A stretch of 64,000 nucleotides of DNA from an uncultured Candidatus Berkelbacteria bacterium (GTDB taxonomy: Bacteria > Patescibacteriota > UBA1384 > UBA12157 > JAENIV01): NCBI GenBank assembly GCA_963698075.1, contig OY969116.1:189492-253491 (forward strand), read 5' to 3'. The notes below the pieces were generated by a model. That model made no database searches. It was not told the DNA's origin and saw only the letters and a program-made list of their open reading frames with translations. The position numbers and the translations under genes were made by a program. Below, in pieces: positions 1-9,588 of this stretch (positions within the stretch are counted from its first letter, which is position 1; every line of letters begins with the position of its first letter).

Positions 1-165
1 CATAATGCTGGCATGGTGAAATCTACTAAGAATCGACGACCATTTATACTTGTTTATTCTGAAAAATTTGATAATAAAAAAGCTGCATTTAAAAGAGAGT
101 GGCATCTTAAACATCCAAAGGGTTACTTAGAAAAACTAAAGATCATAAAAAGCATGGGCCCATAG
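1..165 (+). CDS. GIY-YIG nuclease family protein (YazA/UPF0213-like), C-terminal part, truncated by window edge
   Basis: Frame 1 reads HNAGMVKSTKNRRPFILVYSEKFDNKKAAFKREWHLK...MGP*, the typical HN.G..KST...RP..LVY.E......A..RE..LK motif; stop lies inside the tRNA. Confidence 0.8.
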   Translation, partial: HNAGMVKSTKNRRPFILVYSEKFDNKKAAFKREWHLKHPKGYLEKLKIIKSMGP

Positions 166-229
166 CTCAGCTGGTTAGAGCGTATGCATGGCATGCATAA
201 GGTCGCCGGTTCGATCCCGGCTGGGTCCA
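156..229 (+). tRNA. tRNA-Ala(GGC), CCA not encoded
   Basis: Full cloverleaf: GGGCCCA/TGGGTCC acceptor with G3:U70, GCTC/GAGC D arm, TATGC-ATGGCAT-GCATA anticodon arm, GCCGG-TTCGATC-CCGGC T arm, discriminator A. Confidence 0.95.
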
Positions 230-244
230 AAATAATATTATATT

Positions 245-306
245 AGTAATGGTAGAGCGGTCGCCTTGGCGACAGGTCCGGGGTTCGAATCCCCGTCGGT
301 CCACCA
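245..306 (+). pseudogene. tRNA-Ala-like remnant lacking the 5' acceptor strand, with collapsed anticodon loop
   Basis: GGTAGAGC-G-GTCGC-CTTG-GCGAC-AGGTC-CGGGG-TTCGAAT-CCCCG-TCGGTCC-ACCA; only a 4-nt anticodon loop and no 5' partner for the acceptor stem. Confidence 0.75.
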
Positions 307-318
307 CAGTGAATAATT

Positions 319-627
319 ATGAAAATAAAAGATCTTGGGATTTTGCCAAAATATTTCTCTTTGGTAGAAAGCTTCAAGGATTTTGAACCATTTGGTCCGC
401 TATCTTGGGCTGATTGGATTTTAGAAAATATTGATAATGGAAAGTTGTTATTGAAAGTAAGGTTGGATTTAGATTCGGACTACAGAGGAAAAACCAGAGA
501 AATTGATTTGAATAAGAGAAAGAAATATATGGATTTAAGTCCAGAAGGAAAAAGACAGTTACTTGAAATTTTATCAAGCAATGTCGGCAAAAGCATTGAA
601 GAAATTTTTGATTTAGAATTAAAATAG
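319..627 (+). CDS. hypothetical protein (102 aa)
   Basis: Long ORF in AT-rich sequence, co-oriented with island genes. Confidence 0.65.
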   Translation: MKIKDLGILPKYFSLVESFKDFEPFGPLSWADWILENIDNGKLLLKVRLDLDSDYRGKTREIDLNKRKKYMDLSPEGKRQLLEILSSNVGKSIEEIFDLELK

Positions 628-659
628 AAGAAAAAGTCAAGGAAGCCAAAAAGGGAAGA

Positions 660-1130
660 ATGGATAAAGAGTTTACTTTTACTGAATCGGATTTACAAAA
701 AACTAACGATAAATTAATAGCCAATATTTTTCTGTACGGGCTACCATTTTTGATTTATGCAATTGTAGAACTTATTAAAAATGGTTACTCTGTTGAAAGT
801 CTAATTGTTCTTTTGGGATCAATATTTTCAACAATTGGATCTTTAACTTACGCAGTCTCAATCCAGATTTACGGAGCGAGAAACAAAAAAAGTTGGTGGG
901 CTCTCCTATTAGTGCCGTTAGGATTTATACCCTACATATTTGGATGTTACCTTTGCTTTTATATGGGCTTTTGGAAACTAATAAAACTATTTTCTAATTT
1001 TTCATTTTGGGGATTAGTACTTTCTCTTGCTTCGATTATCTTTGGATACCTAATAGTTCGGACAATTTGGAAAATTTCAGAGATCGGGAGAGCTATCAGT
1101 GATAAAAGAATTAAAATTACAAATAATTAA
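660..1130 (+). CDS. hypothetical membrane protein (~4 TM)
   Basis: ORF with several hydrophobic segments; purine-rich RBS. Confidence 0.7.
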   Translation: MDKEFTFTESDLQKTNDKLIANIFLYGLPFLIYAIVELIKNGYSVESLIVLLGSIFSTIGSLTYAVSIQIYGARNKKSWWALLLVPLGFIPYIFGCYLCFYMGFWKLIKLFSNFSFWGLVLSLASIIFGYLIVRTIWKISEIGRAISDKRIKITNN

Positions 1131-1296
1131 AAAATCTCTTGGAAAAATGCCGGAAAAATTACAAGAGTTTATTAAAGAAGGGAAAAAACTGACCGAAGAA
1201 ATAGATCAGTTTATTAAGAAGTGCAAATTAATATCTTAAAAGGGCAGGTCTAATATGCCATATGAGTTTCAATAGAGGAGTTAATAAAATAATATT

Positions 1297-1803
1297 ATGA
1301 CAATGATAATAGCAACATTTGTTATAGCAATTTCTTTCGTCGTATTTTTTTACCTGTTCGCTAATATTTTTGTTCCGCTACTATTTGATATCCCAGCAAC
1401 AACAAAACTTGGGCGAAAAAATATCATCAAACAGAAACCTGTATTAAAAAAATATATTATAACCATATTAGCGTGTAGTATAGTTGCATCTATAATTTTG
1501 GCACTTGCCTACTATTTTTTTATTAAATATTCGTTTGGTTTTTCCATAAGCCTATTTATTGGAGCTTGCCTAGCACTTTTGATATCTTTATGGAAAATGG
1601 TTTGGTTATTTTCCCGTTACTCGGACAACTATTTAAAATGGTTAGATTTTTACAGAAAAGATAACTCGCGTTACTTAGAGACAGCCGATATGGGTATTAT
1701 TGATGAAGCGTTAGGTGGAAAATCAGGAGAATTGGAAAAACAAACGAATAAAAAGATTGATAAAATGTTTAATAAAAAATACGGAAACCAGAATAAGGAA
1801 TAA
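1297..1803 (+). CDS. hypothetical membrane protein (~3 TM)
   Basis: Hydrophobic segments; GAGGAG upstream. Confidence 0.7.
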   Translation: MTMIIATFVIAISFVVFFYLFANIFVPLLFDIPATTKLGRKNIIKQKPVLKKYIITILACSIVASIILALAYYFFIKYSFGFSISLFIGACLALLISLWKMVWLFSRYSDNYLKWLDFYRKDNSRYLETADMGIIDEALGGKSGELEKQTNKKIDKMFNKKYGNQNKE

Positions 1804-1820
1804 GTTATTTAAGGATTTAT

Positions 1821-2534
1821 ATGAAAATATTTAATTGGCTTTCAAGCAAAAAAGACCGACAAACTTCAAGCGGTGGCAATATTACTGCCAAAAAGGTTTT
1901 AGATTTTGCTACAACATACGAGGAACTAAAACCATATTTTGCTCTCTTTGTGTATTATTTTAAGTCTGTATTGGACAGCGAAAAAGAAATTGAACAGAAA
2001 GTAAGAGAAATTCAGACCAAGACACAGCAAAATCTAAAAGAAGACCAATTATTTAAGGAATTATGGATATTACGATATGTTTGTTTATTTGTATGGTTTT
2101 TTGATCTTAAACCACCAAAAAATAAAACGGAACTTTCTGATGAGCTTTTGGTTATCAATAGCGCACTCAAAAGTGTTCTGAAAGAAAATAATAAGTTGGA
2201 CTACCTGCCTTGGCTTAAAAATGGATTGTCCGAATTTGCTGACGGAGAATTAACTTTTAATAACCTAAAAGGTTTTAGGAAAAACTTTTCAGACAAATTG
2301 GCGGACAAGATTCCGCATATTGCGTTTGATTGCACAGAAGGTAGATTGGGCGGTGAATTACACGATTTTGTTATTGAGTTGGTTATGACAACAATCCAAG
2401 AAGATCAGAAAGTTTTTAGTATGAGTGATGAAAATACTTTGACAGAGGAAGAAGCTCAAAATATCAAAAGTGCAATTATGGAAATGAGCGAAGATAGACA
2501 CAAAACGGCAGAAGATTTTATGAATTCTCTCTAA
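1821..2534 (+). CDS. hypothetical protein (237 aa, helical)
   Basis: Long ORF, AAGGA RBS. Confidence 0.7.
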   Translation: MKIFNWLSSKKDRQTSSGGNITAKKVLDFATTYEELKPYFALFVYYFKSVLDSEKEIEQKVREIQTKTQQNLKEDQLFKELWILRYVCLFVWFFDLKPPKNKTELSDELLVINSALKSVLKENNKLDYLPWLKNGLSEFADGELTFNNLKGFRKNFSDKLADKIPHIAFDCTEGRLGGELHDFVIELVMTTIQEDQKVFSMSDENTLTEEEAQNIKSAIMEMSEDRHKTAEDFMNSL

Positions 2535-2557
2535 AAATTTATCTCAAAGAGCAAAAT

Positions 2558-3040
2558 ATGACTGATTTGGAATTACAAAAACGAGATTTACTTATGGAAA
2601 CACAAAGATGTTCTGAACTTTTTAATTCTCAAGTTTTTGCCCAACATCAAATTTTTACCCAGTCCGCTTTTATTGAGATTTTGGTTCGCTTGAATTATAC
2701 CCTTCAAGAGTTAGACAAAAAGAATAACAGAATAGTTTGGACGGACGATATTCAAACCGACCAAAATATCAAAGATATTACAGATTTAGTAAATAATTTA
2801 CGAAATGCCGCTTGCCACAGCGACAGCCCAAGAAATTATATCAGCAACTCAAGTATAAAATTTGTTTTTAATACTTTTGCCGGAAAGTGTCCGAATGCAG
2901 TTAAAATTGGAGAAAATATTTCGTTAGGCAACGAATATCAAGATGACATCGCTTTTTATTACGGAGACAAAAGAATCTACCTTGTGAGGCACATTAAAAG
3001 GTTGTTGGAAGAATTGCCTAACGAAATTAACAAGTTATAA
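2558..3040 (+). CDS. putative HEPN-domain protein
   Basis: Rx4H motif (LRNAACH) in a helical 160-aa protein. Confidence 0.55.
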   Translation: MTDLELQKRDLLMETQRCSELFNSQVFAQHQIFTQSAFIEILVRLNYTLQELDKKNNRIVWTDDIQTDQNIKDITDLVNNLRNAACHSDSPRNYISNSSIKFVFNTFAGKCPNAVKIGENISLGNEYQDDIAFYYGDKRIYLVRHIKRLLEELPNEINKL

Positions 3041-3107
3041 TAAATTAGGCGGCGCGCCAGTTTCACTGGCACAAAATTCGGTAATTTGGTAAAATTAAAC
3101 CACTTAT

Positions 3108-3476
3108 ATGGAAAATTGGACGCTCACTTGGACAAAACTTGCCGAGCTTAAAGAAAGTGAAGTTAATGAGCTCTCGGGAGGCATGACAGGAGTATATAGA
3201 CTGTCTTATAGATCCGAAGACGGAAATTTTTATGTCTTCTATGTCGGGCAGGCTGATGACATTAAAAGTCGTCTTTTAGAACATATTTCAGCCGCGGAAA
3301 AGAATGTATGCATAAAAAATTATATTGATAAAAAAAGTTGTTTTTTTAGATATGCCATAGTGACCAAAGATTATATCCGAGACGCAGCCGAACGACAAAT
3401 GTTTAAGCAATACGAACCAGAGTGCAACGACAAAGAACCGTATGGAAGAGATGACATAATACTAAATCTATCATAA
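3108..3476 (+). CDS. stand-alone GIY-YIG nuclease-like protein
   Basis: GVYRL...FYVGQA..IKSRLLEH...AAERQ...PECN matches the GIY-YIG motifs. Confidence 0.75.
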   Translation: MENWTLTWTKLAELKESEVNELSGGMTGVYRLSYRSEDGNFYVFYVGQADDIKSRLLEHISAAEKNVCIKNYIDKKSCFFRYAIVTKDYIRDAAERQMFKQYEPECNDKEPYGRDDIILNLS

Positions 3477-3480
3477 AAAT

Positions 3481-4252
3481 ATGACTCTTACTATTTGTAT
3501 TATTGCTAAAGATGGTTTAGTGCTTGCTTCCGATAGCCGTGCAAGCTCTTTTCTGACGAGTAATGACACAGTTAAAAAAATTTTTAAATTAGATGACCAT
3601 AACGCTGTTGGAATTGCTGGAGATGGGCCTTTAGCGATGCACTTTTTCGACCTAATCTCCAAGGAATTAAATTTTAAAAATGGTATTTCATCATTAGCTG
3701 AGCAATTGAGGACCTTCGGCAAATCCAAATTTGATGAATTTTTTTCTCACCAAAGTCCTAAAGATCGCCCATTATTAAGCATTATTCTCGCTGGATATAG
3801 TCTTAGTGACAAGCCTGATATATATGTACTTAACAGCAACGATAATTTTGTTCCAAGAAAAAATCCAACTGGTTTCGAATGCGTGGGTATTCCGATTATT
3901 GCTAACTATTTACTTAACCGACTCTATGAGTCAGATATTACAACTGATCATGCTGCAGAACTTGCGACATTTTGTATAAGAGAAACGAGTTCTCAAGATA
4001 ATCGTGTTGGTGGTCCAACACAGATTGCGACTTTTTTCCAATACAAAAGAATATGCGGAATTATCAGTAGAAGATATTAGAAAAATTGAAAATAAATGTG
4101 ACCAATTCCGGTTATTACAAAAGGGCAATTTTTATCCTGAGGATAGCTCTGCAGGTTCTACAATATCAAAAGACGCAACTCCGTCCAGCCCAGGTACACA
4201 AAAGGCAAAAAAGGGGCTTAAACATGGAAAAATACGATCCACAACAAATTGA
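3481..4252 (+). CDS. proteasome beta-like Ntn threonine hydrolase (one indel near 4032 joins ORFs 3481-4080 and 4004-4252)
   Basis: After Met removal: Thr1, Asp17 (ASDSR), Lys in KKIFKL, VGIAG, IILAGY, DNRVGG; the frameshift falls in a T run. Confidence 0.8.
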
Positions 4253-4310
4253 AGCCAAGTGGCCCCACTTCGCTAAAGCTACGTGGGGTAAACTCCAGAT
4301 TTGGAAATAA
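4224..4310 (+). pseudogene. second, divergent leuS 5' end (28 codons) with a palindromic insertion
   Basis: MEKYDPQQIEAKW[PHFAKATWGKL]QIWK* versus leu[20 protein letters not shown]; own AAGGGG RBS. Confidence 0.7.
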
Positions 4311-4319
4311 AGTAATAAA

Positions 4320-6721
4320 ATGGAAAACTACGACTTTAAATCTATCGAAAATAAGTGGCAAGAACGTTGGGAAAAATCTGGCGCTCATCAGGCAATCGAA
4401 CGTCCAAATGTTCCTAAGTTCTATTGCCTCGATTTCTTCCCCTATCCATCAGGCGAGGGCCTTCATGTCGGTCACTGGCGCGGCTATGTTTTATCTGACA
4501 TTATTTCTCGCTACCAAAAATTAAAGGGCAAAAATATCCTTCATCCAATGGGCTACGATGCCTTTGGTTTACCCGCAGAAAACGCCGCCATCAAAGCCAA
4601 TTCCCATCCTCAAATCTTTACCAATAAGGCCATCAAGCGTTTTCAAAAACAACTACGACAAATTGGCGCGATGTATGATTGGAATCGCGAAATTAATAGC
4701 TCTGATCCCCAATATTATCGCTGGACCCAATCGATATTTTTAAAGTTACACCAAGCCGGGTTTGGCTTATCGTCAAAAAGCGCCGGTTAATTGGTGCCCG
4801 GCCTGCCAGACTGTTTTAGCTAATGAGCAAGTCGTGGCCGGTGAATGTGAACGTTGTGGTGCCAAGACAATCAAAAAAGAACTCACCCAATGGTTTTTTC
4901 GCATCACAAAATATGCCGAAAAACTACTGAACAACTTAGATCAACTCGACTGGCCAGAAAGGACAAAAACTCTCCAGCGCAATTGGATCGGTAAATCTGA
5001 AGGGGCGATGATTAAATTCAAAATTCATGATTCACAATTTAAAGTTGATGTTTTTACCACCCGGCCAGACACTTTATTTGGCGCTACCTTTATGGTTTTG
5101 GCGCCAGAACACCCGATTGTTCAGCAAATCACTACCCCGGAAAATATTGGCGCTGTCCAAGACTATATTGAGAAAACACGTCAGGAATCAGAGCTTTTCC
5201 GCGAAACCGTTGAACGCGAAAAAACCGGAGTTTTTACCGGTGCCTATGCTATCAACCCTGTAAACAACGCCAAGATACCAATCTGGATTGCCGACTATTG
5301 TTTAATTCACTACGGCTCCGGCGCTGTTATGTGTGTCCCTGGTCACGACCGTCGTGATTTCGAATTTGCCAAAAAATTTGCATTACCCGTCGTTCAAGTA
5401 ATATCGCCAGATGGCAAAGTCAACGAGAAACTTCTGCCATATATTGAGTCGGGTTTCAATCTTAATTCGGGACAATACAACGGCCAAAAATCCGAAGACG
5501 CCAAACAGAAAATCACCGAAGATTTAAAAAAGAAGGGTTTGGCGGATTTTGCCACCAAATTCCGACTCCGTGATTGGTTGATTTCCCGGCAGCGTTATTG
5601 GGGGGCGCCGATTCCGATTATTTATTGTCAAAAATGCGGCGAAGTCCCCGTCCCGGAAAAAGAGCTTCCGGTCTTACTTCCAGAGGACGTTGAATTTAAA
5701 CCTAAAGGCGAATCGCCATTAAAACAATCAAAGAAATTTCTTAATACGACTCTGTCCGAAATGTGGCGGTAAAGCTACGCGGGAGACCGACACGATGGAT
5801 ACTTTTGTTGATTCCTCTTGGTATTTTTTACGGTTTACTGATCCAAAAAACAATAAAGAATTTGCCAGCCAAAAAGCCATCAATGTTTGGATGCCGGTTG
5901 ATCTTTATGTTGGCGGAATTGAACACGCCACCATGCACTTACTCTACGCCCGTTTTGTTACTTTGGCGCTTCACGATACTCGGGATTGTAAATTTTGATA
6001 AATTATGGTGAACCTTTCAAAAAACTTTTCAATATCGGTTTGATTTATCTTCACGGCGCCAAAATGTCAAAATCCCGTGGCAACATTGTTACCCCTGATG
6101 AGCTGGTCGCCAAATACGGTTCAGATGCCCTCAGGGGCTACGAAATGTTTGTCGGACCAGCAGATCAAGATAGCGAATGGCAAGTTTCAGGAATCACCGG
6201 TATTTATCGATTCTTAGAGAAAGTCTGGCGGTTTTTCTCACTTCAGGGCACAAAGGAAACATCAATTCAGAATAAACAAATAATCCATCGTCTGATCAGA
6301 AAAATTACTGAAGGATATTGAAAATTTCAGATTCAATACGGCTATTGCCATGCTGATGGAATCTTTTAACGATCTCGATGGAAATATTTCCACCGAGAAC
6401 CTTAAGACATTGGCAATTCTTATCTCACCATTCTTCCCCCACCTTGCCGAGGAAATTTGGGAAAAATTAGGTCAGTCAGAGTCTATTTTTACCGAAAGAT
6501 GGCCCAAGTATGATGCCGAATACCTGAAACTTAAAAAAATCAAAATCGCAATCCAGGTCAATGGTAAATTGCGAGATGTCATCGAGATTGATGTCGGTTT
6601 AAGTCAAAAAGAGGTTGAAGAAAAAGCTTTAACCGCTAAAGTTCAATTAATCATTGGTCCAAGAAAGATAGCCCGACAAATTTACGTTCCTGGAAAAATT
6701 GTCAATTTTGTGCTAGAATAA
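4320..6721 (+). CDS. leuS: leucine--tRNA ligase (split by several probable sequencing indels)
   Basis: [13 protein letters not shown] (HIGH), [34 protein letters not shown] across consecutive ORFs. Confidence 0.95.
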
Positions 6722-6739
6722 ATTATTAAGGAGCAAAGT

Positions 6740-6995
6740 ATGGCCGAACCAAAAAAGAGATTAACAAGCACCCGATCAGGCAAAAGACGAAGCCAAATAA
6801 TTTCTAAAAACGAAAAATTTATCTATTTGTCCAAAATGTAAAAATCCTGCATCTACCACACCGAGTATGCCCTAATTGTGGGTTTTATAAAGGCAAAGAC
6901 ATACTTAAAATTAGCTGATAAACAACGCGCCAAGGAAGAAGCGCCGAAAAGACGTGCCGCCGAAGAAAAAAGTAATAAGAAAAAGAGGAGTCGAA
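6740..6995 (+). CDS. rpmF: 50S ribosomal protein L32 (frameshifted, end approximate)
   Basis: MAEPKKRLTSTRSGKRRS, then CPKC...PHRVCPNCGFYKG in shifted frames; AAGGAG RBS. Confidence 0.85.
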
Positions 6996-7443
6996 GTGAA
7001 CCGTCACCTTTCACGAGTGATCTCGATGCAAACACTTTACGAGTGGGATTTTCGACCGAAATCTCAAATTGAAGAAATAAAAATTCGAAACATTAACAAC
7101 TATGATGAGGGTGCTGACGACTGACTATATTGACCAAACTATTCAAGGCGTGATTGACCAATCAAAAGGAAATTGATTGGAAATTGTCAAAGCTGCGCCT
7201 GAATGGCCCATTGAACAAATCTGCGGCGATTGATAAGACAATCCTGAGAATTGCGATATATGAAATTTTAAAATCCGAAGATGTTCCGCCCAAAGTGGCC
7301 ATCAACGAAGCTGTCGAGCTTGGTAAAACCTTTCGGTGGCGAAAATTCATCAAAATTTATCAATGGTGTTTTAGGAACTGTTTATCGTCAGCTTCCCTAA
7401 GATTACAACCCCGACGAAGATGAATATCTTAAAAAGGAGAAAA
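6996..7443 (+). CDS. nusB: transcription antitermination factor NusB (frameshifted, end approximate)
   Basis: GTG start, NRHLSRVISMQTLYEWDF; IDKTILRIAIYEI, VPPKVAINEAVELGK, KFINGVLG. Confidence 0.9.
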
Positions 7444-8166
7444 ATGCCCAAAACAATCAGTCAATTGAAGAATTTGCTCAAAAAATTAGTCTACAATTTT
7501 AAAAATAAAAAACTTCTCAAACAAGTTTTTGTCCATCGTTCGTACCTCAATGAAAATATCGGCTTTGATCTCGATCACAACGAACGACTGGAATTTTTGG
7601 GTGATGCCGTTTTAGAACTCGTCGTTACCGAATATTTATTTGAGAATTTTGACAATCCCGAAGGAGAACTGACTAATTTGCGCTCTGCCCTGGTTAAGGG
7701 GCCGATGCTTTCCGAAGTTGCCAAGGATTTAGGCATGGAAAAAAATCTTTATCTTTCCCGCGGCGAAGCCAAGGCCGAAGGGAAATCGCGACAACTGATT
7801 TTAGCCAATGTTTTTGAGGCCTTGATTGGCGCCATTTACTTAGATCAAGGTTACAAGGCGGCCGTCGAGTTTGTTAAAAAGAACTTGATTTGCCATCTCC
7901 AAAAGATTATTGATGAAAAGCTTTTTCTAGACCCCAAAAGCCATTTACAAGAATTATCCCAAGAACAACTCGACGTTACCCCAGTTTATAAAGTTTTAGA
8001 AGAACACGGGCCGGACCACGCTAAAAGCTTTACTGTTGGCTGTTTCGTAAATGACCGTTTAATCGGCGAAGGCTCTGGCAGTGCAAAGCAAGCGGCTGAA
8101 AGCGCTGCCGCTTCCTCGGCATTAGAACATTGGACTGAAGTTAATTCACAAAACCGTTCGCATTAA
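7444..8166 (+). CDS. rnc: ribonuclease III
   Basis: HNERLEFLGDAVLEL signature, dsRBD DPKSHLQE...GPDHAK. Confidence 0.97.
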   Translation: MPKTISQLKNLLKKLVYNFKNKKLLKQVFVHRSYLNENIGFDLDHNERLEFLGDAVLELVVTEYLFENFDNPEGELTNLRSALVKGPMLSEVAKDLGMEKNLYLSRGEAKAEGKSRQLILANVFEALIGAIYLDQGYKAAVEFVKKNLICHLQKIIDEKLFLDPKSHLQELSQEQLDVTPVYKVLEEHGPDHAKSFTVGCFVNDRLIGEGSGSAKQAAESAAASSALEHWTEVNSQNRSH

Positions 8167-8873
8167 ATAACATATTTTCTAAGTTCTAAATAGAACTCGT
8201 GGGCTTTTTTACGAAGCCCGTCTCTTTCCCGAAATTCCCATGGTAAGATGGGATCTTTTTGTAATATGAGAGCATATTGAAAGATCTGCTTTTTAGCAGT
8301 AAAACGCGGATTGGGATCTTTATCAATCACCTTGAGTATTCTTTCGGCATTAAAATTAAACCTCTTGTACTCATCCTCAATATCAGCCAGTTTCCAAGAT
8401 TTCTCAATAATTGTTTTGTCTAAAGAATTGTTGCGGCTAACTTCAAAAAACTTAAGCGTATTTTCTAAATGTAGCCGACGGCGGATCTCTTCGACTTCAT
8501 TTTTGATGTCCTTCGGTGAAATCCAAACGCTCGGTTGCAGAATTCCCAATCCTAAACGATTTAAAGCTCGACGAATACGATCGCGTAAATCCCGCTGTTT
8601 TTCCGGGACATTAAATATCACTAAACGCCAGCGACCATCCCATTTACCAGTTTCCCGCAAGTTCTTTAAAATCCGATCAAATTCCTTTTCGCCTTTTGGA
8701 GTAATTACATAATGGGTTTCGCCGCCGATTTCTTTTTTCTCTGCCCAACCGTAATTTTTAAGCTTGCTTAAAACTCCCCGAGCTTTTCTGCCCCAGCGAT
8801 TTAAACGATAAAGCGGGACTTTCTTTTCATCTTCCAACAAAATGAAAATTTCTTGCAACGGTGTCAAAGACAT
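8163..8873 (-). CDS. PaaX-family transcriptional regulator
   Basis: wHTH N-terminus, WDGRWRLVIFNVPE...LQPSVWISP central domain, DPILP C-terminal motif. Confidence 0.85.
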   Translation of the reverse strand: MSLTPLQEIFILLEDEKKVPLYRLNRWGRKARGVLSKLKNYGWAEKKEIGGETHYVITPKGEKEFDRILKNLRETGKWDGRWRLVIFNVPEKQRDLRDRIRRALNRLGLGILQPSVWISPKDIKNEVEEIRRRLHLENTLKFFEVSRNNSLDKTIIEKSWKLADIEDEYKRFNFNAERILKVIDKDPNPRFTAKKQIFQYALILQKDPILPWEFRERDGLRKKAHEFYLELRKYVI

Positions 8874-8921
8874 AAATCTCCTAACAACTTACCATAGCAT
8901 CTAACCGAACGGCCGTCAAGA

Positions 8922-9587
8922 TTAGTCGCTATTTTTTGGCCAGAAAATGCGCGAGATTTCGTATGCAAGAAATAGTGCAACAAGTATGCCAATAAAAAGC
9001 ATCATTTTATTTAAGAAAGCTAAGCCGAAAAAGTAAAAAATTAAGCCCCAAAAAGTTGACCAGAAAAATTGTCCTAAAATCATCAGAATAATAAATTTTT
9101 TAAAATTAACCTTCATAATTCCTGCTGAGATGGCGATCACGGCAGCAAGATTGGGATGAACAGCTCCCCAAATGTATATCAACCAACTTTTTTCGATTCT
9201 TTGGCGCATTTTCAGAATCGATTTTTCAAGTCCATATTTTGAAAAAAACTTTGCTCCTCCAGTAAAACCAAGATAGTAATCAAGTGATAAAGCTATGATA
9301 ATCCCCAATGTCGTCCAAATAATCACCGCTGGAAGACCAATAACTTTAGCGCCGGCTAAGGTAGCTCCGAGTAAGATGATTGAAGAACCCGGAAAATATA
9401 AACCTAAAATAATAGTAGCTTCGATTATTCCCGAAATAAAAAGTATTATTATTCCATAATCTTGATAAATACCACTAATAAACGAGAGTAGTTTCCCTTG
9501 ATCGGTAAAGTAGAAGATAATTCTCAAGATTATTAAAATTATTAAGGTAATAATTAAAATTTTTCCGAGGCCATGTTTCTGTTTCAT
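8922..9587 (-). CDS. DedA family membrane protein
   Basis: IEATIILGLYFPGSSIILLG, ISAGIMKV motifs. Confidence 0.85.
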   Translation of the reverse strand: MKQKHGLGKILIITLIILIILRIIFYFTDQGKLLSFISGIYQDYGIIILFISGIIEATIILGLYFPGSSIILLGATLAGAKVIGLPAVIIWTTLGIIIALSLDYYLGFTGGAKFFSKYGLEKSILKMRQRIEKSWLIYIWGAVHPNLAAVIAISAGIMKVNFKKFIILMILGQFFWSTFWGLIFYFFGLAFLNKMMLFIGILVALFLAYEISRIFWPKNSD

Positions 9588-9588
9588 C

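Noticed and set aside
4320-7500. Multiple frameshifts in leuS, rpmF and nusB as pseudogenisation or programmed frameshifting
   Set aside because: Essential genes with all motifs intact and indels clustered regionally, often in homopolymers; typical long-read consensus error
8163-8873. Cas2-like segment suggesting CRISPR-Cas
   Set aside because: It is the central domain of a PaaX-family regulator; no cas1 or repeat-spacer array in the window
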